Shown here: one piece after another, positions 11,237 to 20,968 of the stretch
Layout: each line of letters opens with the position of its first letter
Position numbering within the stretch: the first letter of the stretch is position 1
NCBI GenBank assembly: GCA_035477115.1
Contig: DATIKW010000039.1
Span: forward strand, 19,405 to 83,404
DNA: 64,000 nucleotides
Reading direction: 5' to 3'
DNA from: Bacillota bacterium
GTDB taxonomy: Bacteria > Bacillota > Sulfobacillia > UBA995
Program-made: the position numbers and the translations under genes
The notes under the pieces: model-generated
The model's database searches: none
What the model saw: only the letters and a program-made list of their open reading frames with translations
What the model was told of the DNA's origin: nothing

Positions 11237-12284
11237 CCGGCAGTTCCCGCTCGCGGAACCAGGCCACGGCGTCGGCGATGGCGCCCCGCACCGGGTGGGG
11301 CCGAAAACCCAGTTCCCGGGCGGCTCGGGCATGGCTGATGTGGGAGTTGCTGCCCAGGGTATATACGGAGTCGCGGGTCAGCAACGGCCGCGTGCCCGCG
11401 AGCCGGCCATATAGCGTGAGGAGCCCGGCTGCCGGGTAAGCGCACCAGCGTGGAATCCGCAGCCGGGGAACGGGCGCTCCCGTCAGTTCGGCCAGGATGG
11501 CCAGGATCTGCCGGACCGCCAGCCGCTGGCCGGACAGGATGTAGCTCCGCCCCGCCCGGCCGCGCGCGGCGGCGGCGGCCATCCCCGCTGCAACATCGCG
11601 GACATCGACGAAATCGTAGGCGCCATCGACATAGGCCGGCAGCCGGCGCCGGGCGAAGTCCAGGATCAGCTGCCCCATCGGTGACGGCCGATAGTCATGC
11701 GGGCCGATCACCCCGGTAGGGCACACCACCACGGCGTCCAGACCCCGTTCCACCGCGGCGAGCACCTCGCGGGTTCCCCGCGCCTTGGACCGGCCGTAAA
11801 CGGTGTCGATGGCGGCGGGGTCGAACGCCTGCTCCTCGTCGATCTCGACGCCGGGACGCGGTTCCGCCAGAGCGTGGATGGAACTGGTGTGCACCAGCCG
11901 CTCGACTCCGCAAGCCAGGCAGGCCTCGGCCACCCGCCGGGCGCCCCGGACGTTGACTTCTTCAAGCGCCGGGGAGTCGCTCGGGTCGATGCTGACCATC
12001 GAGGCCAGATGATATACGAGGGCCGCCCCGGCGAACGCTTCGCGCAGGGCTACCGGGTCCCGCACATCGCCCCACCGCACTTCCACGGGAAGGCCGGCCA
12101 GCGGCTGGAGGTCGTCCCCGGGCAGGACCAGGCAGCGCACGCGACGGCCCGCCGCTACCAGATGCCGCACCAGGTTGTTCCCGATGTGGCCGGTGGCGCC
12201 CGTTACCACCGTCAGGCCGGTTACCGCGGGATGCGTTGGCCTGGTGACCGCATCGGGAGCGGATCCCTCAACGTCCAGGTGCAT
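11226..12284 (-). CDS. NAD-dependent epimerase/dehydratase (SDR family)
   Basis: [17 protein letters not shown] Rossmann motif and YGRSK catalytic motif. Convergent 11-bp overlap with the copA stop. The exact start is uncertain because the ORF overlaps the upstream gene's end by 17 bp. Confidence 0.75.
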   Translation of the reverse strand: MHLDVEGSAPDAVTRPTHPAVTGLTVVTGATGHIGNNLVRHLVAAGRRVRCLVLPGDDLQPLAGLPVEVRWGDVRDPVALREAFAGAALVYHLASMVSIDPSDSPALEEVNVRGARRVAEACLACGVERLVHTSSIHALAEPRPGVEIDEEQAFDPAAIDTVYGRSKARGTREVLAAVERGLDAVVVCPTGVIGPHDYRPSPMGQLILDFARRRLPAYVDGAYDFVDVRDVAAGMAAAAARGRAGRSYILSGQRLAVRQILAILAELTGAPVPRLRIPRWCAYPAAGLLTLYGRLAGTRPLLTRDSVYTLGSNSHISHARAARELGFRPHPVRGAIADAVAWFRERELPVRA

Positions 12285-13989
12285 GGCGGACCCCCAGTCT
12301 CCTCGCGGCCTCCCGGAACAGGGCGGCGAACCGATCCCACAGCCCTTTCGGTGGCTCGCCGGCCTCGCCGCCTGACGGGTCCGGGCTCACTGCCGCCGTT
12401 TCCTGGGCGGGCACTCGGAAGAGGAACTGCACTGACCGCGCGCGGCCCAGTCGCGGCGAGACGAAGGAGGGCGCCGGTGGGCGTTCCTCCCTGCCGGGGG
12501 CGTGTCCGTGAATCCCGGCCCGGACGTCGTCAACGCCTTCCTCCAGGCGCCGCTGGCCCTCCAACAAGGCTTGCGCGCCATCGGCGAGGGCCGCCGTGCC
12601 GCCGTCCAACTCCCGGGCCGCGCCGGCCAGGGCACCCGTTCCCGCGAGGACTTCCCGGGCTGCGGGAGTCACCTCGGCGAACCCTCGGGCGAGGTCGCGC
12701 GCCCCCATTGCCATCCCTTCGACTCCCTTGTGCAACTCCCGGTACTGCTGGGACACCTGCCTGACTCCTTCGCCATAGCCGGAGAGTGCGCTGTTCGCAC
12801 TGCGGATCGCCGCGTGAACCTCTTCCAGGCCCGCGAGCTTCTGTAAGACGCTTTCGGCCATCTTGCGGGTGTCGGGGTCGGCGCTGCGCCGAAGGGCGGC
12901 AGCGAGGGTCTTCAGGCCGCCGGCATCGTCCAGCATGCCGGCAAGCGCACTCTCCACCTGGATGTAAGCCTGATCCAGGGCCGGCGACTGCTCGCCAATC
13001 GCCGCCATGCTCGCCGCCATCGCCGCAGAGGCCGTCTCCAATTGCGACAGCCCTGCCGCGAGGCCAGTCAAGGCCTGTTCCGCACCCTCAACTCCCCGGA
13101 CCAGTAAGCGGCCGCCGCTTTCGAGTTCCGTCGCTCCCCCGTGCAGGCGCTTCGCGCCGGCGTTCACCGCCAGCGCGGCGTCGCTGAAAGCGGCGATGCT
13201 CGCCGTCATGGTCCCGAGCGCGCCCCCGAGGACGTCCAACTCCCGCTTCATGTCCTCGGCCGCCCCTCCCAGGACTGCCTCCGCCCGGATCGCGACGATC
13301 TGAAGCCCCGCGAACGCGAAGTCGCGCACCAGGGCCTCGGCGACCAGCGTGCCTTCTTCCCCCGGTAGCAGCGTGAAACCCAAGGACACGGTATCGCCGG
13401 CGATCAGGGTGGTCGCGCCCGGGGCGGTTATGGCGGTCGCCCGATCCAGGTCAAAGGGCAAAGTCACCTGAAGCAGGTGGCTGTCCCGGAAGCGGGCAAG
13501 TGCCGCCGGGCCCGAACTCACCTTGACGGTGATCCTGAGCTGCCCGCCGGCCCCGGGAAGCGAGCCGGCGGCGATGGGCCGGCCGTCGAGTTCGTAGCCG
13601 ATGGCGAACTCCCAGGGCAGTTGCCCGTTCACCGGGCGTCCCTGGTAACGGAAGATGCCGCCGGCGCCTCCCGCCGGAAAGGTGATTCGCTCGCCCCGCA
13701 CCACCGCCCGGCGCCCGTCGGTCAGGTTGAGGACCTCTTCGTATCGCCCGTAGTCGGTTATTTCCTGGCCGGTTGGGTAGAAAGTGTTCACCACGTAGAC
13801 CGTCTCGACGCTTCCGTCGAGCGCCAGGTTCACGAAGACGGTCTCATGTTTGGGCGTCGCCTCTTGTAGACCGCCGGGTGGACCGGCGGCGGACGAAGTG
13901 CCGGCGAGTCCCCCGAATGCCACAGCCGACGCGATCAGGAGGACGGCCCCCCACTTGAGCTGGTATCCCTTCCTCAGCACTCCCCGCAC
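12268..13989 (-). CDS. secreted protein with YhgE/Pip-like coiled-coil repeat region
   Basis: Signal peptide (LKWGAVLLIASAVAFGGLAGTSSA), then repeated A/L/G-rich heptad-like segments (ALAGAARELDGGTAALADGAQALLEGQRRLEEG...) resembling TIGR03057 repeats. No C-terminal TM bundle. Cotranscribed with the MMPL/TetR genes. Confidence 0.5.
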   Translation of the reverse strand: MRGVLRKGYQLKWGAVLLIASAVAFGGLAGTSSAAGPPGGLQEATPKHETVFVNLALDGSVETVYVVNTFYPTGQEITDYGRYEEVLNLTDGRRAVVRGERITFPAGGAGGIFRYQGRPVNGQLPWEFAIGYELDGRPIAAGSLPGAGGQLRITVKVSSGPAALARFRDSHLLQVTLPFDLDRATAITAPGATTLIAGDTVSLGFTLLPGEEGTLVAEALVRDFAFAGLQIVAIRAEAVLGGAAEDMKRELDVLGGALGTMTASIAAFSDAALAVNAGAKRLHGGATELESGGRLLVRGVEGAEQALTGLAAGLSQLETASAAMAASMAAIGEQSPALDQAYIQVESALAGMLDDAGGLKTLAAALRRSADPDTRKMAESVLQKLAGLEEVHAAIRSANSALSGYGEGVRQVSQQYRELHKGVEGMAMGARDLARGFAEVTPAAREVLAGTGALAGAARELDGGTAALADGAQALLEGQRRLEEGVDDVRAGIHGHAPGREERPPAPSFVSPRLGRARSVQFLFRVPAQETAAVSPDPSGGEAGEPPKGLWDRFAALFREAARRLGVRHAPGR

Positions 13990-14004
13990 CCCTTTCCCTG
14001 CCGC

Positions 14005-16140
14005 TCAATCGTCGGCCGCGGCCGCCCTCGGCGACGCAGATCGGAAGGTAGTGAGCCCGATCAGCCTATCCCCCAGGACGAGGATCTGCGGCAGCACTAT
14101 GAGCACCATCACGCACGACAACAGCGCCCCCCGCCCGATCAGGATCCCGAGGGTGGACACGCTCGGAATACCGGAGACCCATCCCAGCGTGAAGCCGGCC
14201 GCGGTCATTACGGCCGCCGAGGCGATGATGGATCTGCCGGCGGCATCGATGGCCCGCGCCGCCGCTTCGCGCGCGCCTACGACCTTGCGGTACGCCAGAT
14301 AGCGATCGGTGAGGAGGATGGCGTAGTCCACGGTTGCGCCCAGTTGTACGGCGCTGACGATCATGTAACCGATGAAGATGAGCGGAACCCCCAGGAAGTA
14401 TGGCACCGCCATGTTGAACCAGATGGAACTCTGGATGGTGAAGACCAGCAAGATGGGCAGTAGCAGCGACCGGAAGGTCAGGAGGATGATGCCGCCAACG
14501 GCGACCATGCTCAGCATGCTCACGATCCGGAAGTCGTACCCCACGACCTCCCTGATATCCCGGATGGCGGGCGACACACCCAGCATCCGGTGATCGCCGG
14601 GGTAGTACCGCTCGGCTACGGCCTCGATGTCGGCCAGGGCGGTGAAGGCCGCGGCGCTCTCCGCGGGAGCGGCCAGTCGCATCACAAGGCGCGAGTAGCG
14701 CTCTCCCTCAAAGTCATCCCGCAGCGCCTCCGGCAATGCGGAGCGCGGTATGCCGGGGCCGGCCAACGCGGCCAGCGAACGCACATCTTTCACGCCCGGC
14801 GAGTCCTTCAGGGCCCGGGTGAGCGCGACCTCGCCAGGGATGTTCCCTGCCGGCACGATCAGCACCAGCTGGTTTGAGGCGCCGAAGACTTCCGTCATCG
14901 CCCGCCCTCCCTCGTCGCCGCCGAGGGAATCCCCATAGAGGAAGTGGTTGGCCGACTGTCCGAGGTAAGCGATGGGCAACAAGATGATCACCACGACGGG
15001 GACCACGTACCGCTGCCGCAAGATCCGCCTTCCCAGGTCCCGCAACTCGGGGACGAGCGGTCGATGGCGGGTGCGATCGATCAGGCGCTCGCCGGCGACG
15101 ACCAGACCGGGAAGCACCGACATCACGGCAGCCAGGCTCAGCGCAACCCCTTTTACCAGTGTCAGCCCGAGTTCAACTCCGATTCCGTACCGCATGGCCA
15201 TGAGCGCGGCGAACCCCGCAGCCGTGGTCAACGCGCTCGCGCCGATGCAGGAGACCGAGTGCTTGAGTGCCCGCACCATGGCCTCGCCGGCTGCCGCGCC
15301 GGCAGCCCGCTCCTCGGCGAATCGGTGCAGCAGGAAGATGGAGTAATCCATCGTGACGGCGAACTGAAGCAGCGGCGCCGCTGCCTGGGTGATGAACGAG
15401 ACTTCCCCCAGCACCACGTTGGTGCCCATGTTGATCACGACGGATGCCCCTACCGTTGCCATGATCAAGAGCGGTTCGAACCAGGAAGTCGTGAACACGG
15501 CGAGGATGGCCAGGAAGATGGGCACCACCAGGATGGTGATCACCAGGATCTCGCGGGAGCCCCGTTCTCGAGACACGAGGGCGTCCACTGCCGGACCGCG
15601 CAGGACTACGTTCCCATCGCCCAGCCGTCTGAGGGAGGCAACGGCTCGACCCGTGACCGGGCTGTAGTCATTCTGCGCGAACAGCACATCGAATAGCGCG
15701 TGACCTTCCCGGTAGTATCGCCCGACAAGAGCGCCATCCAGGAACTCCAGGGGGACCGTCACGTCGGCGAAGTCATCCAGCCAGATGACATCGCTTACGC
15801 CGGGAGTCGCCGCGATCTCCCGTTTCATCTGGACCGCCTCGGGGATGCTCACCCCATCCACCATCAGTTGCGCCGTGCCGTGCGACCCGAATTCCTCGGC
15901 ATGGATCGCGATGGCCGCGCGCGTCCCCATCGCCTGCGGCAGGTAACGGGTATTGTCATAGTTGACGGTCACGCGAGGGATGAGGACGGCGCTGAGCAGG
16001 GTAGCCAACCCGAATAGCCCCAAGAACCATTGGCGTCTCCTGACCACGAAGCGGGCAAATCGGTCCAAATCGGCTACCTCCGCAATCGCGAACTTTTGTT
16101 CGCTTTTCAAGGACAAGAATCCGCAGCCTGAGCCACCCAA
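14005..16140 (-). CDS. MMPL-family (RND superfamily) membrane transporter
   Basis: 711 aa with two MMPL repeats, each a periplasmic loop followed by a 6-TM bundle. The TetR-MMPL(YdfJ-like)-YhgE arrangement is typical of Firmicutes. Confidence 0.85.
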   Translation of the reverse strand: MGGSGCGFLSLKSEQKFAIAEVADLDRFARFVVRRRQWFLGLFGLATLLSAVLIPRVTVNYDNTRYLPQAMGTRAAIAIHAEEFGSHGTAQLMVDGVSIPEAVQMKREIAATPGVSDVIWLDDFADVTVPLEFLDGALVGRYYREGHALFDVLFAQNDYSPVTGRAVASLRRLGDGNVVLRGPAVDALVSRERGSREILVITILVVPIFLAILAVFTTSWFEPLLIMATVGASVVINMGTNVVLGEVSFITQAAAPLLQFAVTMDYSIFLLHRFAEERAAGAAAGEAMVRALKHSVSCIGASALTTAAGFAALMAMRYGIGVELGLTLVKGVALSLAAVMSVLPGLVVAGERLIDRTRHRPLVPELRDLGRRILRQRYVVPVVVIILLPIAYLGQSANHFLYGDSLGGDEGGRAMTEVFGASNQLVLIVPAGNIPGEVALTRALKDSPGVKDVRSLAALAGPGIPRSALPEALRDDFEGERYSRLVMRLAAPAESAAAFTALADIEAVAERYYPGDHRMLGVSPAIRDIREVVGYDFRIVSMLSMVAVGGIILLTFRSLLLPILLVFTIQSSIWFNMAVPYFLGVPLIFIGYMIVSAVQLGATVDYAILLTDRYLAYRKVVGAREAAARAIDAAGRSIIASAAVMTAAGFTLGWVSGIPSVSTLGILIGRGALLSCVMVLIVLPQILVLGDRLIGLTTFRSASPRAAAADD

Positions 16141-16156
16141 GCTGCGCCGCGTTCGT

Positions 16157-16747
16157 TCAGCCCGTTACCCCGAGCCTACACTCGATGTCTTGGAAGTAGA
16201 AGATCAACATCCGGTTGATCAGTTCTTCAATGCGCTGGATATCGGAGATGCTGCGCAGGATGATGAACAGCCCCTCCACAAACCCGGATGCGATCAGGTG
16301 AATCAGCACATCGTCTCCTTCCCCCGCACCCGAATACAACTCTTCCTTGATTCGCCTCGCAACCATGGCGATGAGCGTCTCCAGAAAGTCTTCGTGGCGT
16401 GAGCCCGAACTCTTGTCGGCGACCACCAGGAGTTGCCGCCCGTGCCGCGAGTACACGCCCATGATGCCGCTCGCGATGTGCCGCGCTATCGAGCGAACAT
16501 CTCCCCGGTTCTGCTTGCTTAGCTGGTGCGACTCGAAGATCAACGCGGATATGTCGCGGTAACCCGCCTGAACGATCGCGTCGAATATCTCCTCTTTATT
16601 CTTGAAATAGCGATAGATATTGCCGGTAGCGACGCGGGCCCGCCTGGCCATCCGCCGCATCTGGGCGCCGCCGAACCCGTGTTGCTCGAATTCGGCGAGG
16701 GCGGCTTCCAAGATCCGCGCCCTGATCTCTTCCTTCTGATATTGCAT
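16157..16747 (-). CDS. TetR/AcrR-family transcriptional regulator
   Basis: N-terminal helix-turn-helix: ILEAALAEFEQHGFGGAQMRRMARRARVATGNIYRYFKNKEEIF. Confidence 0.85.
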   Translation of the reverse strand: MQYQKEEIRARILEAALAEFEQHGFGGAQMRRMARRARVATGNIYRYFKNKEEIFDAIVQAGYRDISALIFESHQLSKQNRGDVRSIARHIASGIMGVYSRHGRQLLVVADKSSGSRHEDFLETLIAMVARRIKEELYSGAGEGDDVLIHLIASGFVEGLFIILRSISDIQRIEELINRMLIFYFQDIECRLGVTG

Positions 16748-16840
16748 GCGTGAACCACCGTTCGCCTTTACTTCAGAGCTTACAGCAGATCGCCATCGCT
16801 GTCAAGGACTGCGAGTTGCCTTGCGACTGCGGGAACGGCA

Positions 16841-16908
16841 GGGGCGGGTTCCGGTCGCGATCCGGGTAACGGTCCGGGTAGGGGCGGGTTCCGAACCCGC
16901 CCCTACAG
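16841..16908. repeat. 1.5 copies of the 29-bp palindromic intergenic element GGGGCGGGTTCCGAACCCGCCCCTAC (a partial copy GGGGCGGGTTCCGG about 16841, a full copy about 16878-16908)
   Basis: Perfect inverted repeat (11-bp arms, 3-nt centre) seen directly in the sequence. The same element recurs at 20940-20968 and 39453-39478. Confidence 0.6.
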
Positions 16909-17008
16909 CCATCCCCCTTGCTCCTATCGACTATCTCGGCCTATCTCAATTCAGGGAGATGGGGCCCGCCTTTCCATGCACCCGGCACCCCGAACGCATA
17001 TGCGGGTC

Positions 17009-18682
17009 TCAGATCTCGACCCGCTGATAGCGACCGGCGGCCGTGCGCAGCAGCACCGCAAGGATGGCGGCTCCTGCCAGCAGCGATGCGGCGGACACCG
17101 TCAACAGGGCCGCGGCCAGATCCATCCCGGCGCCCAGCAGCCTCATCACCGCAACCCCTTGCCCCGCCATCAGCCCGCCCCCAAGGGCCATGGCCAACAG
17201 GACATTCAGGTTCTCCTTGATGGCGGCAACCGGGTTCTGCCAGGTCAGGTAAGGCCGCATGATATCCAGGAGCAGGCTCAGACCTATGAGGGGCAGACTG
17301 GCGGCCATGCCGGCTGCGGCTACCAGGAGGAAGTCCGTCACCGGCCATCCGGCGACTCCAAACCCGAGGATCGCCAGCACGGGAAGGGTCAGGAGCATGA
17401 TCAGATAGGCCTGAGCCAGCTTCGCCTGTACCTGGACCTTCGGGTCCACCGGGATCGTCCGCGACACCCAGAAGAGCCTGCCTTCCCTGGAGAAGGCCGA
17501 AGAAGACGCGGGGGCCATCAGGGCCATCGCCGCCACGTATCCGGCCCCTGCCAGCCGGGACACAGTGGGGCTGCCGAGCAGAAGATCCTGCAAACCGGGT
17601 TGGGCGGCATCACCAATGGCGAGGAGGGGGAGGGCCATCAGCACCGGCAGGAGGGGTATCATGGCAACGCTGTTCAGCAGCGACATCGGCTCGCGAGTGA
17701 GCAGCCGGAGATCGCGCAGCGCGATGGCCCATACCGGCCCTCGGACCCGCCGGACCCGCATCGCCAACTGGCTGTCCGTCAGGCCCCGTCCGGCGCGCAC
17801 TTCCTCGCCGCCGATCAGCCCGCCATAGAACAGCCGCTGTCCGAGGGCAAACGCGATGGCGGTCATCCCGAGCGCCCCGCCGGCCAACGCCAGCAGCCAC
17901 CCGAGACGTACCGCTACGGCAGGGGCGGTGAGGGCCCGGGTGGCCCAGACGGCCGGCGGGAAAGCCCTCCCTGCTTGGACGATGAGACCGTCTCCGGGGA
18001 GGAGGAGCCGGGCTACAAACTCCGCCTCGCGCCCGGGCGGTCCAATCCGGGCGGGCAGCATCGCGAAGACGGAGATGGCCAATGTCAGCACGATCATCCC
18101 GATCAGGCGCACGGCGTCCTTGTGCCGGGCTACGTTGGCCGCCCGCATCAGGACCATGACGGCCATGGCGGCCAGGCTCACGGGGATCACCGGGGTCACG
18201 AGGTAGACGGCAAAGGCTTGCAGCCAATAGAGGCCGCCCGCCCCCGATCGGATCCCATACACCAGTAGACCGGGCAGCACCAAGGGAGCCATGGTCAAGT
18301 ACCCGGCGACGAGCACGACGACGAACTTGCCGGACAGGACTTGCCAGGGCGCAAGGGGGAGAGCGATCAGCATGGGCAAGTCCGTGGAGAAGTAGAACAC
18401 GGACATAACGTACGCGAATCCGAGAAACAGGACCGCCGCCGCGGCCGCCACCATGGACATGGTCAGGACTACCGGGGTCTGGCCTAGCGGCAAGGTCAGG
18501 TCGTAGGCGGCGTTCAGGAGGCGCTGGTACAGGTAGACCATGGGGGCTACCCCGGCGGCCACCGCTACCGCTATCCCCACAAACGCCAGGCACCTGATGT
18601 CCCGGCGCCGGACGTAATACCAGGCCAAAGAGAGTCCGAAATGCGCTTTCAGGCTGGTGGTCCAGACGGCCCGGGTGGTCAT
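17009..18682 (-). CDS. ABC-exporter permease (12-TM, 'putative ABC exporter' family)
   Basis: 557 aa, highly hydrophobic. Its start overlaps the upstream ATPase stop by 4 bp. Paralogous to 23615..25297. Confidence 0.75.
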   Translation of the reverse strand: MTTRAVWTTSLKAHFGLSLAWYYVRRRDIRCLAFVGIAVAVAAGVAPMVYLYQRLLNAAYDLTLPLGQTPVVLTMSMVAAAAAVLFLGFAYVMSVFYFSTDLPMLIALPLAPWQVLSGKFVVVLVAGYLTMAPLVLPGLLVYGIRSGAGGLYWLQAFAVYLVTPVIPVSLAAMAVMVLMRAANVARHKDAVRLIGMIVLTLAISVFAMLPARIGPPGREAEFVARLLLPGDGLIVQAGRAFPPAVWATRALTAPAVAVRLGWLLALAGGALGMTAIAFALGQRLFYGGLIGGEEVRAGRGLTDSQLAMRVRRVRGPVWAIALRDLRLLTREPMSLLNSVAMIPLLPVLMALPLLAIGDAAQPGLQDLLLGSPTVSRLAGAGYVAAMALMAPASSSAFSREGRLFWVSRTIPVDPKVQVQAKLAQAYLIMLLTLPVLAILGFGVAGWPVTDFLLVAAAGMAASLPLIGLSLLLDIMRPYLTWQNPVAAIKENLNVLLAMALGGGLMAGQGVAVMRLLGAGMDLAAALLTVSAASLLAGAAILAVLLRTAAGRYQRVEI

Positions 18683-19404
18683 GTTTCCGTCAACTCCAGG
18701 AAGATCTGCTCCAGGGACTCCTTGTCGCGGGCTTGATCGCGCAGTTCATCCATGGTGCCGAGGGCGATGAGCTTGCCCTTGTGAATGATGCCGATCCGGT
18801 CGCACAGCTTCTCGGCCACCTCCAGGATGTGGGTGGAGAAGAAGACGGCCCGGCCGTGCGCGCATCGGTCGCGGAGGATCTCCTTGAAATGATGGGCCGA
18901 CCGCGGGTCCAGACCTACCATGGGCTCGTCCATGATGAAGATCATCGGGTCGTGCAGCAGCGCTCCCACCAGGACGATCTTGTGGCGCATGCCGTGGGAG
19001 TAGCTCTTGATGGGATCGGCCACGACCCGCGTGAGGGCGAACAGCTCAAGAAGGTGCGGGATCCGCTCCTGGCGCTCCTCGGCCTTGACTCGGTACACGT
19101 CGGCCAGGAAGTTCAGATACTCGATGCCCGTCAAACGCTGGTAGATATCAGGATTGTCCGGCACGTAACTCAGGCGCCGCTTCACTTCCAGCGGAGAACC
19201 GGCCAGATCGTACCCGGCCATCCGTATGCTCCCCCGGTCGGGCCGGAGCAGCCCCACCATCATCTTGATGGTGGTGGTCTTGCCGGCGCCGTTGGGCCCG
19301 AGAAAGCCGAAAACCTCGCCCGCCCTGACCGACAGGTCCAGGGCGTCCACGGCCTTGACTTGCCCCCGGTTGTAGGTCTTGGTCAGCCCGCTCAGCTCGA
19401 TCAA
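18679..19404 (-). CDS. ABC transporter ATP-binding protein
   Basis: Walker A (GPNGAGKTT), the YSHGMRHKIVLVGAL signature region, Walker B (IFIMDEP). Confidence 0.9.
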   Translation of the reverse strand: MIELSGLTKTYNRGQVKAVDALDLSVRAGEVFGFLGPNGAGKTTTIKMMVGLLRPDRGSIRMAGYDLAGSPLEVKRRLSYVPDNPDIYQRLTGIEYLNFLADVYRVKAEERQERIPHLLELFALTRVVADPIKSYSHGMRHKIVLVGALLHDPMIFIMDEPMVGLDPRSAHHFKEILRDRCAHGRAVFFSTHILEVAEKLCDRIGIIHKGKLIALGTMDELRDQARDKESLEQIFLELTET

Positions 19405-19658
19405 CGTCCCATGCCCTCCGTTTCCCCCCCGGTGCGACCGGCCGCCGCTCCGGCCTCCCCGCTGGCGGGGGACCGCCGTCCCTCCTCACGCTCGCGGTCC
19501 AGCTTCCTCCTCCTCTGTCGGACGCAGTCGGTCAACAAATACTCGATCTGCCCGTTGATGGAACGGAAATCATCCCGTGCCCATGCGGCCAACTCGCGCC
19601 ACAAGGCGGGCGACAGGCGCAACACCAGTTGCTTCTTGCCGTTCTCCCGGTCGGCCAC
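19401..19658 (-). CDS. Arc/MetJ-type ribbon-helix-helix DNA-binding protein (putative regulator of the downstream ABC exporter)
   Basis: KKQLVLRLSPALWRELAAWARDDFRSINGQIEYLL matches the Arc-like RHH pattern. 85 aa, 4-bp overlap with the ATPase gene. Apparent GTG start. Confidence 0.55.
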   Translation of the reverse strand: MADRENGKKQLVLRLSPALWRELAAWARDDFRSINGQIEYLLTDCVRQRRRKLDREREEGRRSPASGEAGAAAGRTGGETEGMGR

Positions 19659-19681
19659 GGCGGTACGCCCGCACCCCCGAT

Positions 19682-20710
19682 TCAGTATAGAGTCCCGCTG
19701 TTGACGATGGGCTGGACGTCACGGTTGCCGCATAGTACCACCAGGAGGTTGCTCACCATGGTCGCTTTGCGTTCCTCGTCGAGTTTGACGATATCGTTCT
19801 CGTTCAGCTTGGCCAGCGCCATCTCCACCATGCCCACCGCGCCTTCCACGATCAGTTGTCTCGCATCCACGATAGCCGAAGCCTGTTGGCGCTGGAGCAT
19901 GGCCGCCGCGATCTCGGGAGCGTAGGACAGGTGAGTGATGCGGGACTCCAGGACCTCGAGCCCCGCGGCCTCGACCTTGGCCTGGAGTTCCCCGCGGAGG
20001 CGGTCCGCCACTTCCTGGCTGCTGCCGCGCAGCGACATCTCCGCTTCATCGCGAGGAGAATCGTAAGGATAGTCGCGGACGATGTTACGCAGGGCCGCGT
20101 CGCACTGGATAGACAGGAATTCCTTGTAGTTCTCCACGTTGAACAGCGCCTTGGCCGTGTTGACCACCCTCCAGATGACCACGACGCCGATGATCACCGG
20201 GTTACCGAGCTTGTCGTTGACCTTCTGCTGGTCGTTGTTCAGCGTCTCCGCCTTGAGCGATATGGCCATCCGGCGACCGGCACCCGGGAGAGACAAGGCG
20301 CCGGAGCCGGCCCGCGCGGCAGGCGCGGCAGGACCGAATGGGTTCACCGGACTGACGAAGGGATGGACGAAGAAGAAGCCTTCGGACTTGAGCGTACCGT
20401 AGTACTTCCCGAACAAGGTCAGGACCAGCGCTTCATTGGGCCGCACCACTTTCAGCCCCAGGAAGATGATCGGCCCGATGATGGCAAGGTACAGCAGGCC
20501 GACACCGATCATGACCATGGCCGCCCTGAACCTTCCGGCGGGGACGAGCGCGCCTGCCGCTCCTTCCGCCATAACCGCTCCGTACACCACCACAACCAGG
20601 GCGGCGATCATCAAGGCCAGGTTGATCACCAGGACGGGCATCCCCGGCCAAGCAGGTGCATTCGCCTCAGCTTGAGGCGCGGTTCTGGGCCCAACAGCTC
20701 TTTCCGACAT
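19682..20710 (-). CDS. SPFH/band-7 (stomatin/prohibitin-like) membrane protein
   Basis: N-terminal TM segments followed by an SPFH domain (EALVLTLFGKYYGTLKSEGFFFV...QKVNDKLGNPVIIGVVVIWRVVNTAKALFNVENY...). Confidence 0.85.
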   Translation of the reverse strand: MSERAVGPRTAPQAEANAPAWPGMPVLVINLALMIAALVVVVYGAVMAEGAAGALVPAGRFRAAMVMIGVGLLYLAIIGPIIFLGLKVVRPNEALVLTLFGKYYGTLKSEGFFFVHPFVSPVNPFGPAAPAARAGSGALSLPGAGRRMAISLKAETLNNDQQKVNDKLGNPVIIGVVVIWRVVNTAKALFNVENYKEFLSIQCDAALRNIVRDYPYDSPRDEAEMSLRGSSQEVADRLRGELQAKVEAAGLEVLESRITHLSYAPEIAAAMLQRQQASAIVDARQLIVEGAVGMVEMALAKLNENDIVKLDEERKATMVSNLLVVLCGNRDVQPIVNSGTLY

Positions 20711-20734
20711 GTCCTCGCGTCCCCTCTGTCGTCG

Positions 20735-20775
20735 AGTGCGATATCATTATGATATCATATTGCATGATACGCCCT
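20735..20775 (-). promoter_or_regulatory. AT-rich island with near-palindrome GATATCATTATGATATCATATTGCATGATA upstream of the SPFH gene (putative promoter/operator)
   Basis: A sharp local AT excursion in a 68% GC background, just upstream of the 20710 start. Confidence 0.3.
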
Positions 20776-20939
20776 CCCATCGGCGGATGTCAAGCGCACG
20801 GCTCCGCGATCTCCTCCTCCGGAAGGGGACGGATGCGCGAGGAAGTGGTACGGATAGTTGCAAGCGCGGAGACTGCGGTTGGGAACCCGGTCGTGCAGAG
20901 GAGCTAGACTGGCGCCTCGACCCGGACTGTAGTCACGGC

Positions 20940-20968
20940 GGGGCGGGTTCGGAACCCGCCCCTACCTT
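20940..20968. repeat. copy of the 29-bp palindromic element (GGGGCGGGTTCGGAACCCGCCCCTAC)
   Basis: Exact match seen in the intergenic region between the SPFH gene and cupin A. Confidence 0.6.

Noticed and set aside
16841-16908. Possible CRISPR array suggested by adjacent palindromic repeats
   Set aside because: Only 1.5 adjacent copies with no regular repeat-spacer periodicity and no cas genes. The other copies are solitary and far apart, so the pattern is REP/MITE-like, not CRISPR.
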